Below, piece after piece: positions 1-11,040 of a DNA stretch of 64,000 bases (position 1 is the first letter of the stretch; each line of letters opens with the position of its first letter). The stretch spans positions 467,796 through 531,795 of the forward strand of contig CAVTLK010000001.1 of the NCBI GenBank assembly GCA_963735595.1, written 5' to 3'. Both the position numbers and the translations under genes were made by a program. Source of the DNA: an uncultured delta proteobacterium (GTDB lineage Bacteria > Desulfobacterota > Zymogenia > Zymogenales > Zymogenaceae). The notes below the pieces were generated by a model that searched no databases, was not told the origin of the DNA, and worked only from the letters and a program-made list of their open reading frames with translations.

Positions 1-304
1 GCATGAGCTGCGGGAACCGTCCCTCCATGGTGGAACGAATCGCCCGTATAGCCGGCGTTGAGATATTGATATCGACCTGCGCCCATGCGCTGTCCACCAG
101 CAGGCCGGCAAGCCTGAACGGAACGGCCAGGCGCCCCTCGGGCTTCGTGTCCGTGGCCGGCTCCGCTCCCTTCTTGTAGACGTCGTCGACGATCTCATCG
201 GCCGCCTTCCGCACCGCTTCGGCGGGGAAATATATATTAACCGTGACGCATGCCCCGACGAGCAGCATTATCGTCAAGAGCGCGGGAATTACTTTTCTCA
301 TCAT
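1..304 (-). CDS. YdbL/DUF1318-family lipoprotein (5' part; runs off the window start)
   Basis: Manual translation MMRKVIPALLTIMLLVGACVTVNIYFPAEAVRKAADEIVDDVY...DINISTPAIRAIR. Lipobox VGAC, AGGAGG RBS, and position downstream of a YdbH-like gene. Confidence 0.8.
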   Translation of the reverse strand, partial: MMRKVIPALLTIMLLVGACVTVNIYFPAEAVRKAADEIVDDVYKKGAEPATDTKPEGRLAVPFRLAGLLVDSAWAQVDINISTPAIRAIRSTMEGRFPQLM

Positions 305-400
305 GGTCAATTCCTCCTGTGGCTCCTCTGTGGCTTTCCTTGGCTCCAGTTTGTTCCTCATAGGACCCGGATTGGCTCATGGTCGGTTCCTTATTCGGAC

Positions 401-3037
401 CTACCTGGTTTCAATCCTGATATCTTCGGTATCCTTTACGTTTATCCGCTCCAGCCGCCGCATCATATCGTCAAAACGGATCAGGTTGTTGGGGTTCTGA
501 TTGATTACGTTGATGCCGGTAAGGCCGCTGCGCTTGATGAAATACTCGGTGTCGCCTTCGTGAATCATGCCCCTGAGCGTAAAATAGTCGTTCTTGAGCT
601 CGAGGTGAATGCCGATCCCCGAATAGTTATACTCGTGGACGAATCGGTTAAGGCCCGTGCGGAGCAGCGCCCGAAAACAGGGTCGATCCCGATCCGAGGA
701 TCGTCAGCTTATCGACGAATTCGACGCTGACGCGCTTATCCACTCCCCGTCTATCGACCGTCCTGACATCTAATACAAATCGTCTCCGGCCCCCCGTAGG
801 AGAAAATAAGACCGGAGATTCCGCCTTCGGCGATCCCGGTGACCCTGCCCACGTCGATCGTTTGGGTCAGCGCTCCAAGGTCGATATCGGCAAACGTCAC
901 GTCACACCCGAGCCTTCGCCCCGCATCAAAGATATCCTGACCCCATATGTTTTCGATGCGTACCGCTCCATTAAATATTTTAGCAGTAAGGGTGCCCGAA
1001 GTAAACAGCTTTTTTTCCTCGATCCTGACCTCCGCGAGCTCGCCGATGAGCTCCCCCTTCAGAGCGACAAGCTTTTCCTTCGGGAAGATCGCCGCGATAT
1101 TGATTCCTTTCACGGCCAGCGACAGGCGCATCGTTCTGTTTTCGTCGAATATGTTTTCCCCCGAGCTCCACCGATCGTTACGGAGCCGCCGGCTGCCGAA
1201 ACCACAACGGTATCCTTCAGGGCAAAGGCGTTTTTCGTAAGCGCCGGTGATAACGTCACCGCACCGATATCGACCCCGCCCAGCATCGCGTGGGAAACGG
1301 TTACCTCTCCGAAGTCACCGGGGATAAGCTCCGGCGTTGCGTCTTTATTCGACCCGTCTGAAAGGTCGAAGGAAAACGGCATAGAAGCCGAAATCCCCTC
1401 GACCTTCGTGGAAATACCGGGGAAATCAAGGGTAGCGCCGACGATATCCAGTCTGCCCGAGACACGCGGCGCCGCAAGGTTTCCCCCTATCCTGCCCGAT
1501 GAATTCAGAGAACCGGCGACGGCGCCCGTATAAAGCCAGGCGATGCGGTTCATGAAGTAGTTTCGAAAGAGGATGTCGTAGGCCGCTGCCATGTCGCGGA
1601 CCTTCATGCGGTACGAGAGATCCCCGCTCATACCGGCCCGCCCGGAATCGATATCTCCGAAAATATCCGCCGAGAGGACCGAGGGTATCGATACCTCGCC
1701 CGTAAAGTTCTTGACGCCCCCGTCGTCTTTCAGCCGGCCCGATGCCTTGAGGGAGATCCGGTGCTTTTCGAAATTGACGAAGAGGCCCGAGAGGAGGAGC
1801 CCGAAATCATGGGCGGTGAGCTCGCCGTTAAAAAAGAATCCCTCCCTGATATCGTCCCTGAACTGAATCCGCGCCGACCCGGTAATACCCTGACCCAGGT
1901 AGCCGGAATCGGGAGACGAAAATCCGGCATTGACGAGATCGACCTCGAGATTGCCGGCAATGCTCCTGTCACCCGCATCGACAGTCCCCATCGTCAGGAG
2001 GCTTTTCGCCCGCCCCGTGATCCCCCAACCGGCAAGGAATTCGGGCATATAGTCCCCGAGGCGGCGGAGGTTCGCAGACGAGAGCATCAGCGAATCCGCC
2101 TCCGACGTAACCTTCCATTCCCCGTTCTTCTCGACCGCTAAGATTCAGCAATACGTCCCCGAAACCGGGGCACCGAGAGCGCCGCGTCTCTCAGTATAAA
2201 GGCGCCGTCGTTTTCTTTCTCCATCTCGCCCGTGGCCGTGATCCCGTCCAGCATAAGGCCGCGCCCCTCCGCGGCAATCGAGAGGCCGTCGATCGAGATG
2301 TCCGTCGCTTCGACGGTATCACGGTTAAACCGTATGTGCGCCGTAACGTGTTTGCCCGCGAATAGAAAATCTCCGATCCGATACCCCGACTCTCCCATCC
2401 TGACCGCCCCCCGGGCCGAAACGTCCGGATAGGTTCCCGCAACACGCATCCGGCCGTAAAACGGCCCGTCGAGCATCGAGCCCTCGTTTATCCCTTCCGT
2501 CCGCGCCGATCCGGCAATCGTGAGGGACTCGCCCACGATGCCGTGTTCATAGCTCATATCCACGCCCTGGAAGATGTAGCGCCCTGACGTGTCGATCAGG
2601 ACAAGCTCGCCGTTTTCGACGGTGATATCCAGCTCCATAATCCTCTGGATGAGACGATCCCCGTCGCCTCCACCTTCCCGTGACACATCCAGAGATATCG
2701 AGGGATTATGAACGGTGATTTTTTTTATTCTCAGGGGAGTGGTCAGGCCGAGGCCGAACTCCAGTACCGCCGGGCCGGATGAAAAGACGACCGGGCCGGT
2801 CACCAGGTCCATCCCTTCCACGATTACCGCGCCGGGAGAGACCAGCCGTATCCCGGTTAGATACACCCGGTAGCCGACGGTTCGTTCGACGACACGCCCG
2901 ACCGCATCGCCGATCAGTTCGTCTCCGAAATAGTAGTAGAAGACCGATATCGCCGTTAGCGACCCGAAGAAAACGGTCAGGCAGCAGATCCAGATGATCC
3001 GGGCGAGGCGGGTCTTTTTCCATAGCCTCTTGGACAT
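401..3037 (-). CDS. YdbH/AsmA-like intermembrane lipid-transfer protein (split by indels)
   Basis: ORF pieces 2138-3037, 1110-2087 and 751-1131, plus a manually read C-terminus (YSGIGIHLELKNDYFTLRG...GINVINQNPNN...MMRRLERI, TAG at 401-403). N-terminal TM anchor, Gly-rich beta-strand body, adjacent YdbL-like gene. Confidence 0.7.
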
Positions 3038-3207
3038 GCGCCTTCGTTTCCCTTTTGATCGCCGGTTACGGGTCTTTCAATATCAGGATAAGCCGTGTCC
3101 GTCTTGGTTCGTGTGACGAAAATCACAGCATAGCGGGGACTTCTTTTGTATCATAATAGTATCGAATCATGTACGATAGCGTAATCAACGGCATACGGGG
3201 AAAAGCC

Positions 3208-3471
3208 ATGAAAAAGACGATCATGATTCTTGTGTTTCTTGCCCTTTCCGCGACGTTGCTGGGATGCATCGGGTACGGCGTCATCACCCATGGCGGATAC
3301 GCGGTCTACCTAACCGACGGCTCCGAATACCATAACGTCTTGTGGTACAAGAGCAGGACTGAAGGTGTGGCCCTATCGGAGCATCCCACCGGGACGGTCA
3401 TGTTCCTGACCCAGGACTACGGCCTTGTTGAGGTGCCATGGGCCAACGTGGTGAAAATCCAGACCGAATAA
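3208..3471 (+). CDS. Small hypothetical lipoprotein
   Basis: MKKTIMILVFLALSATLLGC signal peptide with lipobox; intact ORF; GGGGA upstream. Confidence 0.75.
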   Translation: MKKTIMILVFLALSATLLGCIGYGVITHGGYAVYLTDGSEYHNVLWYKSRTEGVALSEHPTGTVMFLTQDYGLVEVPWANVVKIQTE

Positions 3472-3555
3472 AAGGCTCCGACACCGGACATATGCCATGC
3501 CGCCCTGCTCTGCCCGGCAAACCGGGAAATGACTGCCGGCACCCGGAACGAGGGG

Positions 3556-5295
3556 CTACTTCGCCGCCTGAGTGATGACGCCTGAGACGAACCGACCGTC
3601 GAGCGCGTCTCTATCGGGCACGTGCGTCATTTCGCGGACAAAATCTGCAAGGGTATCGCTGACGAATTTTACGGACGCGCCTCTGATTCTATCGTCGCCG
3701 CATTCGGGCATTCGCCCGACGAATGCCTCAACGTGCCGGATAATCGTACCGGAAATTCCCGGGTTTTCGCGCACCATATCATAAAAACGGCCCAGCTCTT
3801 CATCCGAAAGCGGGACGACCTCCCATTCACCCCCAAGACACCCCCGCACACACGCCGTCATAAAGATATGTTCAAGTCCCCAGCCATGGGTTTTCGCGTT
3901 GCCTATCAGCCACGGCCTGATATCTTCGGGGATGTTCACGATCTCACGGATGAGATGGACCCGGGCCGAGAGCTCCGTCATGAAGCCCGCGGACGCCGTC
4001 AGGTCGGCGATCGATCTGAAATTTCTATAGCTATGCGCGCCGCCGGAGATCGCCTCATAGAAAAGGGGTTTTCCGGCCAAAAGGCCCTCGACAACACTGC
4101 GGGCGAAATCCCCCCAGAAGACCGGCTCGATGATCGACGAGAGTTCCCTCACGAGAACCTCGTTTCGTTTTCTTTCGGCCAGCGCCAGCGTATAACCCAG
4201 CCGAAACAGCTCCACCAGATAGACATCCCGGATCGTCTGCTTTGCTTCATCGTAGTGCGCCGCCCCCGTGAGGTACTCCAAACCGAGATTGATATAGTCC
4301 CTGGTCATTTGCGCAGATGATACCAACTCCTCCACGTCAGAAAGGTCCATCCCCGAGGCCGCCACGACCTTATGTACCAGGTACGAAAGCTCCCACAGCA
4401 GGTGAGCGGCGCGGTCGTCGTCGGCCACCTCTCCCATGAGATCCTCGAAGAAACCGCCGGTCTTTCTGGGTATGAGCCAGTAATGGGGGGGGAGTTGGTC
4501 GGTCTGACGGTCGTCAAGGTAAATGACTTTGGACGACATTGAGCGGATCGTTTCGACGATTTTGGCCGGGTCTTCAAACAGGAAGAGATCCCGCGCCTCG
4601 CTCAGCTCCGGAAAGCCGATCATCGACATGCGGGACGATCTGAGCCGGTAGGCGTCTTCTTCCATAGGAGAGGGCAGCTCTCCGATCACCCCTTCCATGA
4701 TAACGCGGTAATAGTCGGGCTCGTGCTCAAAAAAACCCATGAGGAGATTTGAGACGAGGTCGAAGTCCAGTTCCTCATCTATCGGCCTGAAATAGTAGAG
4801 ATTGTCGAAGCTGAACCATCCGCCGTCGGTAAATTCGAGCGGGTCTTGATCGAGGTTCCTGGGCACTGCCTCGATGATCCCCTTAAAGAAGAGTATCACG
4901 AGCGGCTCATCGAGCATAAAGAGGCTCTTGGTAAGGACCCGCTCCCCGCCTTCCGCAAGAAGCTGGAGCCATTCCATGAACTTGCCGAAGTCTATCCGAT
5001 CCCGCTTCCAGATATCCATATCCAGGAGCTGGACGATCTTCTCCGGGGCCGACATTTCGAGAATAATGGCCGCATCCGTGCCCCACGATTCCTTCACCGT
5101 AAGATATATCTCCTGCGGAGAGAGCTTTTTCAGGAGCTTGAGCGGATCGGGAGACGAGATTATGAGATTGGCCTTTGTCCTGACGGGCGATCTCTGGATA
5201 AGGCGGAGGCGATCCTCAAACGAGAGGGCCGTAAGTTCGCGCTCCGTCAGGCGCTCGCCGGCGAGCGTCCGATCGAGGAGGTTGTCTAAGGCCAT
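3556..5295 (-). CDS. DUF6178-family hypothetical protein
   Basis: Intact 579-aa ORF with LSPQEIYLTVKE, LLDMDIWKRD and EEDAYRLRSSRM..GFP motifs that I recognise from this family. Confidence 0.7.
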   Translation of the reverse strand: MALDNLLDRTLAGERLTERELTALSFEDRLRLIQRSPVRTKANLIISSPDPLKLLKKLSPQEIYLTVKESWGTDAAIILEMSAPEKIVQLLDMDIWKRDRIDFGKFMEWLQLLAEGGERVLTKSLFMLDEPLVILFFKGIIEAVPRNLDQDPLEFTDGGWFSFDNLYYFRPIDEELDFDLVSNLLMGFFEHEPDYYRVIMEGVIGELPSPMEEDAYRLRSSRMSMIGFPELSEARDLFLFEDPAKIVETIRSMSSKVIYLDDRQTDQLPPHYWLIPRKTGGFFEDLMGEVADDDRAAHLLWELSYLVHKVVAASGMDLSDVEELVSSAQMTRDYINLGLEYLTGAAHYDEAKQTIRDVYLVELFRLGYTLALAERKRNEVLVRELSSIIEPVFWGDFARSVVEGLLAGKPLFYEAISGGAHSYRNFRSIADLTASAGFMTELSARVHLIREIVNIPEDIRPWLIGNAKTHGWGLEHIFMTACVRGCLGGEWEVVPLSDEELGRFYDMVRENPGISGTIIRHVEAFVGRMPECGDDRIRGASVKFVSDTLADFVREMTHVPDRDALDGRFVSGVITQAAK

Positions 5296-5425
5296 AGGCC
5301 GGTATCAGATCGTTCATTTTTTCAATTATATCAGAGGATTGCGCAAAAGGGAAGTTAATCATTTACTTCTGCGGCAAAATTAAGTAGTATGCAGCGCATC
5401 CGCACTTCTCATGGTTGACAGCCGC

Positions 5426-6792
5426 ATGAATACCACGAACCGTACGACTCGGGGGAAAGCTCCCCCTTTACCGTAAAGTCCTGTTCGGCGTGGGTGATTC
5501 AACCAACAGCCTCTTCTTTACCGTCATTGCATTCTTTTACCTTTTCTTCCTCACCGACGTAGCCGGGATCGCGCCGGCGCTTGCCGGATGGGTGCTCTTG
5601 GCCGGGAAGGCGTGGGATGCTGTAACCGACCCGATGATGGGATTCATATCCGACCATACAAAATCTCGATGGGGACGCAGGCGGCCCTACTTCCTGGCCT
5701 GTGTTCCGACGGCGGGCCTCTTTTACCTGATTTGGATTAGCCTACCCCATTCGAGAACCAGACCCTCCTCTTTCTGACCTACGCGGGATTGAATCTCCTC
5801 TTTTGGACCTTCTATACGATGATGGCGATTCCCTACTCCGCGCTGATGCCGGAGCTTTCCCTTGACTACGACGACCGTACATCTCTTGTCTCCGTCCGCA
5901 TGTCCTTTTCCATCGTCTTCGGACTCCTGGCCGCCGTCGTTCCCATGGCGATCGTATCCCTGTTTCCCGATCGAAAGACCGGATTTGCCATGATGGCGCT
6001 ATTCCTCGGCATGTTCGGCATATTCCCTTACGTTATCAGCTTTTTCGGCACGAAGGAGCGTCCGGAGTTCCAGCAGAAGGCATCGCTGCCGTTCTCTCGC
6101 GTCGCTCAGGGAAACGATGAAGAATCGATCGTACGTAGTCGCAATGGTCGTCTTTCTGTTGAGCTGGGTGTGCGTGGATGTAATCGGCGCGGTCTTTATC
6201 TATTTCATCATCTATTGGATGGGACTAACGGAGAACGATGTGTCGATCCTGTTGGGCATCATCTTTGTTACCGCGGTACTTGTGCTGCCGTTGTGGGTCC
6301 TGATCTCGAAATGGGTCGGCAAGAAGGCGGCTTATGTCATCGGGATGTCGTTCTGGGCCGTCGTCATGAGCCTGGCCTTTTTCCTGCGTCCGGGCGTTAG
6401 GAATTGGTTTCTCTACCTCTTCTGTTTTCTTGCGGGTTTCGGCGTCTCCACGGCCCACGTGCTTCCCTGGTCAATGATTATCGACTGTGTCGACATCGAC
6501 GAATATCGCACCGGCGCGCGCCGGGAGGGAATGTATACCGGCTTTACCCTCTTCGCCCAGAAGCTGGCCTCATCGGTAGCCCTCCTGCTGGTGGGGAGTT
6601 TCCTGGGCTGGGCGGGCTACGTGGCCAATACGGTGCAGAAAGAGAGCGCGCTGATTGCCATCCGGGTGCTCCTCGGCCCCGTTCCCGCCGTTCTGCTTAT
6701 TCTCTCGATCTATCGCTGTTCTCCTGTACCCGATTACCAAGGCCGACCACGAGAAAATCAGGGACGAGCTGGACCGAAGGCCGCGGAGATAG
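5426..6792 (+). CDS. MFS transporter, glycoside-pentoside-hexuronide (MelB-like) family (split by indels)
   Basis: WDAVTDPMMGFISDHTKSRWGRRRP, IPYSALMPELS.DYDDRT, DEYRTGARREG; C-terminus PITKADHEKIRDELDRRPRR* in a shifted frame. Confidence 0.85.
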
Positions 6793-6848
6793 GTATACGG
6801 GAGGCCGACCGCATTACAGTCTCTTTGGCAAATAAAGCGGGGTCATGT

Positions 6849-7229
6849 ATGGTTAACTCGATACTTCTGTATACCGGTTCGATCATTATAGTGACCTGGG
6901 GGATCGCCCACGTTGTCCCGACCAGAGGGGTCGTCGCGGGCTTCGGCAAGCTTTCCCGGGACAACGCCAGGATCATCACGATGGAATGGATCGCCGAGGG
7001 GCTGACGCTGGTCTTCATCGGGGCGCCTGACGCTCGCCGTCACACTCGTCGCGGGCAGGCGCAATCCCGGCAGCCGATCGTCGTCTATCGCGGGTGCGCG
7101 CTGATGCTCGCCGCCATGGCGGGACTGACGCTTGCCACCGGCGCCCGGACGAAGATTATCCCCATCAAGGTCTGTCCCATCGTAAAGGCCGCAGTAGCGA
7201 TCCTTTTTGTCGTGGGAAGCGCGGGGTAG
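6849..7229 (+). CDS. Hypothetical membrane protein (~4 TM)
   Basis: Own ATG at 6849: MVNSILLYTGSIIIVTWGIAH...IITMEWIAEGLTLVFIG...KVCPIVK. The ORF track fuses it to the MFS gene only through a frameshift. Confidence 0.65.
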   Translation: MVNSILLYTGSIIIVTWGIAHVVPTRGVVAGFGKLSRDNARIITMEWIAEGLTLVFIGAPDARRHTRRGQAQSRQPIVVYRGCALMLAAMAGLTLATGARTKIIPIKVCPIVKAAVAILFVVGSAG

Positions 7230-7326
7230 ACCGGCTCCGGCGCCGGATCGGCGTCCCGGTCCCGGCCCATGCGGCACGGAACGTCAATTACCTGTCGGCT
7301 CCGTCCGATCCTCATCCGACGGCTGT

Positions 7327-8229
7327 TCAGTGAGTCGCGTGGTGTCTCCCGCTCTCCTCTTGCCGCCATTGCTTTGCCCTGAATTCGGAGAGGATGATCC
7401 CCGTAAGTATCAGCGCGGCCCCGACGTACCCACGGCTCCCGAGCACCTCGCCGCCCCACCAGTAGGCGAAGATCGCCGCGAAGACCGGCTCCATCGTAAA
7501 GATGACCGCGGCCCTGTGGGGGACGTGTACTGCTGCGCCCAGGTCTGGACGGTGAAGTTGAAGGCGGTCGCGAAGATCGCCAGGAACATGATGGCGACGA
7601 TCACGTATCCCGGACAAGCGTGGGGCGCCTCGCCGATCGTTACGGCCGACACCCCCGCCCACGTCGTCATCGCCACCATCTGGGCTATCGCCACGAGGTA
7701 TACGTCGTGCTTGACCGCGTACCACCCCGTCAGGATCACGTGGAAGGCCACGCTCACCGCGCATGACGATCACCCAGACGTCTCCCCGGTTGATCGAAAA
7801 ATCGTCTCCGACCGTCAGCAGGAAGAGCCCCGCCGCACTGATCACCGCGCCGATCGTGGCGGTCGCGGCGGGCATTTTTCTGAAGAAGATCGCAAGGATA
7901 AACGGGACGAGGATTACGTGCAGCCCCGTGATGAACCCGGCGTTCGAGGCCGACGTATAGTTGAGGCCTATCGTCTGAAGCACAAAGGCGGAAAAGAGGA
8001 CCGAGCCCAGGATGAAACCGTCCCGGAAGGAGTGCGAAAGGTAAACCTTCTGAGCCGTCCGGCAAAGAACGGCCAGCAGTATCGCGGTGGCAAGAGAAAA
8101 ACGCAGGAAGAGGAACCAGTAGAGGTCAAGCTCCGTGATGGCCGTCTTGACCATAATGAACGACATCCCCCAGAAGAGGCAAATGAGAACGAGCATCAGG
8201 TCGGCTATGACGCCCTTCCTGGTCGTCAT
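7327..8229 (-). CDS. DMT/EamA-family transporter (compensating indels)
   Basis: LFWGMSF, QTIGLNYTSASNAGFITGL, VQTWAQQYTSP, AAVIFTMEPVFA. Confidence 0.88.
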   Translation of the reverse strand: MTTRKGVIADLMLVLICLFWGMSFIMVKTAITELDLYWFLFLRFSLATAILLAVLCRTAQKVYLSHSFRDGFILGSVLFSAFVLQTIGLNYTSASNAGFITGLHVILVPFILAIFFRKMPAATATIGAVISAAGLFLLTVGDDFSINRGDVWVIVMRGERGLPRDPDGVVRGQARRIPRGDSPDGGDDDVGGGVGRNDRRGAPRLSGIRDRRHHVPGDLRDRLQLHRPDLGAAVHVPHRAAVIFTMEPVFAAIFAYWWGGEVLGSRGYVGAALILTGIILSEFRAKQWRQEESGRHHATH

Positions 8230-8251
8230 GTGAAACCCCGGGCTAAACGGT

Positions 8252-8279
8252 AAAAGAAAAGGGGCATTTCTCATGCCCC
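8252..8279 (-). terminator. Intrinsic terminator after ahcY
   Basis: Minus strand GGGGCAT-GAGAA-ATGCCCC followed by TTTTCTTTT. Confidence 0.75.
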
Positions 8280-8328
8280 GCGACTGATCGGATTTTCTCG
8301 TCTCGGAATGACCGCTTACGGCCGTCTA

Positions 8329-9590
<1,262 letters not shown>

Positions 9591-9749
9591 GATTATTCTC
9601 CTTATCGTCCCTAAGGTCCCTATCGTCACGCCGGCATTCTTCGTGGAGTTACCCAATCATCACGCCGGCGTCGGTTATCTCTTCCTGCCGCCGGCCGGCC
9701 ACGCAGCGCGTATTACCCCGTTTCGGCGATCGGGTACCGGAATTCATCC

Positions 9750-10919
9750 CTATACGCCGGCCGCCTTCTTGAGCCGCTTGACCATATTGACCGTTTCCCA
9801 GGTAAAGCCGTCTTCATCCCTTCCAAAGTGACCGTAGGCCGCCGTTTGCCGGTACTTCGGCTTGAGCAGGTCGAGCTGTTCGATTATGGCCGCCGGCCGA
9901 AAATCAAACTCCTCCTGAATTATCCGGGCAATCTGATCAGGCGGTATGACGCTGGTACCATCGGTGTTTATCATAAACGAAACCGGCTCGGCCTTTCCAA
10001 TCGCATAGGCGACCTGAACTTCGCACCGCTTTGCAAGTCCCGCCGCCACGACGTTCTTGGCGACATAGCGCGCCATATAGGAACCGGAACGGTCGACCTT
10101 GGAAGGGTCCTTGCCCGAAAAGCACCCGCCCCCGTGGCTTCCTTGCCCTCCGTAGGTATCGACGATGATCTTGCGGCCCGTTACCCCGCAGTCACCCTGG
10201 GGCCCTCCGATGACAAATCGCCCGGTTTCGTTGACGTAATACTTGGTCTTTTTATCCATGAGGCCCTCGGGGATAACCTTCCTGATAACCTCCTCGATGA
10301 TCGCTTCCTTGATCGTCTGATACTTGGCGTCGGGATTATGCTGCGCCGCCACGACGACGGCGTCTACCCTCACCGGCTTGTGATCGACATACTGGACCGT
10401 CACCTGGGATTTCCCGTCGGGGCGCAGAAACGGCAGCACTCCCTTCTTCCTGACCTCGGCAAGCCTCCTGCACACCTTGTGCGCATACATGATGCTCATC
10501 GGCATCAGCTCCGGGGTATCGTCACAGGCATACCCGAACATCAACCCCTGGTCTCCGGCGCCCTGGTCCTTGTGGAGGCCCTGGCCCACCGTTACGCCCT
10601 GGGAGATATCGGGAGATTGCTTGTCAATGGACGTCAGCACCGCGCACGTCTCCCAGTCAAATCCCATTGAGGCGTCGGTATAGCCTATCTCCTTTATCGT
10701 GTTTCGGACAATCTGCGGCATATCCACCCAGGTACTGGTTGTGATTTCTCCAGCAATGATGGCAAATCCCGTGGATACGAGGGTCTCGCACGCTACCCGT
10801 CCTTTTTTATCTTCGCCGATAATCGCGTCAAGGATTGCATCGGATATCTGATCGGCCACCTTGTCGGGATGGCCTTCCGTCACTGATTCCGACGTGAATA
10901 GAAAGTCGGTCATTGACAT
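9750..10919 (-). CDS. metK: S-adenosylmethionine synthetase
   Basis: [35 protein letters not shown]; intact. Confidence 0.98.
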   Translation of the reverse strand: MSMTDFLFTSESVTEGHPDKVADQISDAILDAIIGEDKKGRVACETLVSTGFAIIAGEITTSTWVDMPQIVRNTIKEIGYTDASMGFDWETCAVLTSIDKQSPDISQGVTVGQGLHKDQGAGDQGLMFGYACDDTPELMPMSIMYAHKVCRRLAEVRKKGVLPFLRPDGKSQVTVQYVDHKPVRVDAVVVAAQHNPDAKYQTIKEAIIEEVIRKVIPEGLMDKKTKYYVNETGRFVIGGPQGDCGVTGRKIIVDTYGGQGSHGGGCFSGKDPSKVDRSGSYMARYVAKNVVAAGLAKRCEVQVAYAIGKAEPVSFMINTDGTSVIPPDQIARIIQEEFDFRPAAIIEQLDLLKPKYRQTAAYGHFGRDEDGFTWETVNMVKRLKKAAGV

Positions 10920-10989
10920 AATGGGCACCTCCAGTCTGAATCGGTTCCTCGAGTATGGGAAATCCGATAGTTGTTCTTTTTAACTCTTT

Positions 10990-11018
10990 TTTATATCTTT
11001 CAATTAATCGAAAGTCAA
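10990..11018 (-). promoter_or_regulatory. Putative sigma70 promoter of metK-ahcY
   Basis: TTGACT-17 bp-TATAAA on the minus strand, upstream of metK. Confidence 0.55.
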
Positions 11019-11040
11019 GGGAATTTAGGTAACAAGCGCC

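Noticed and set aside
6117-7229. Apparent MFS-membrane protein fusion (370 aa)
   Set aside because: The true MFS C-terminus and stop (6792) are in a shifted frame, and the second gene has its own ATG.
9591-11040. SAM or SAH riboswitch upstream of metK or ahcY
   Set aside because: I could not find SAM-I or SAH consensus elements by eye; an Rfam scan would be needed to exclude them fully.
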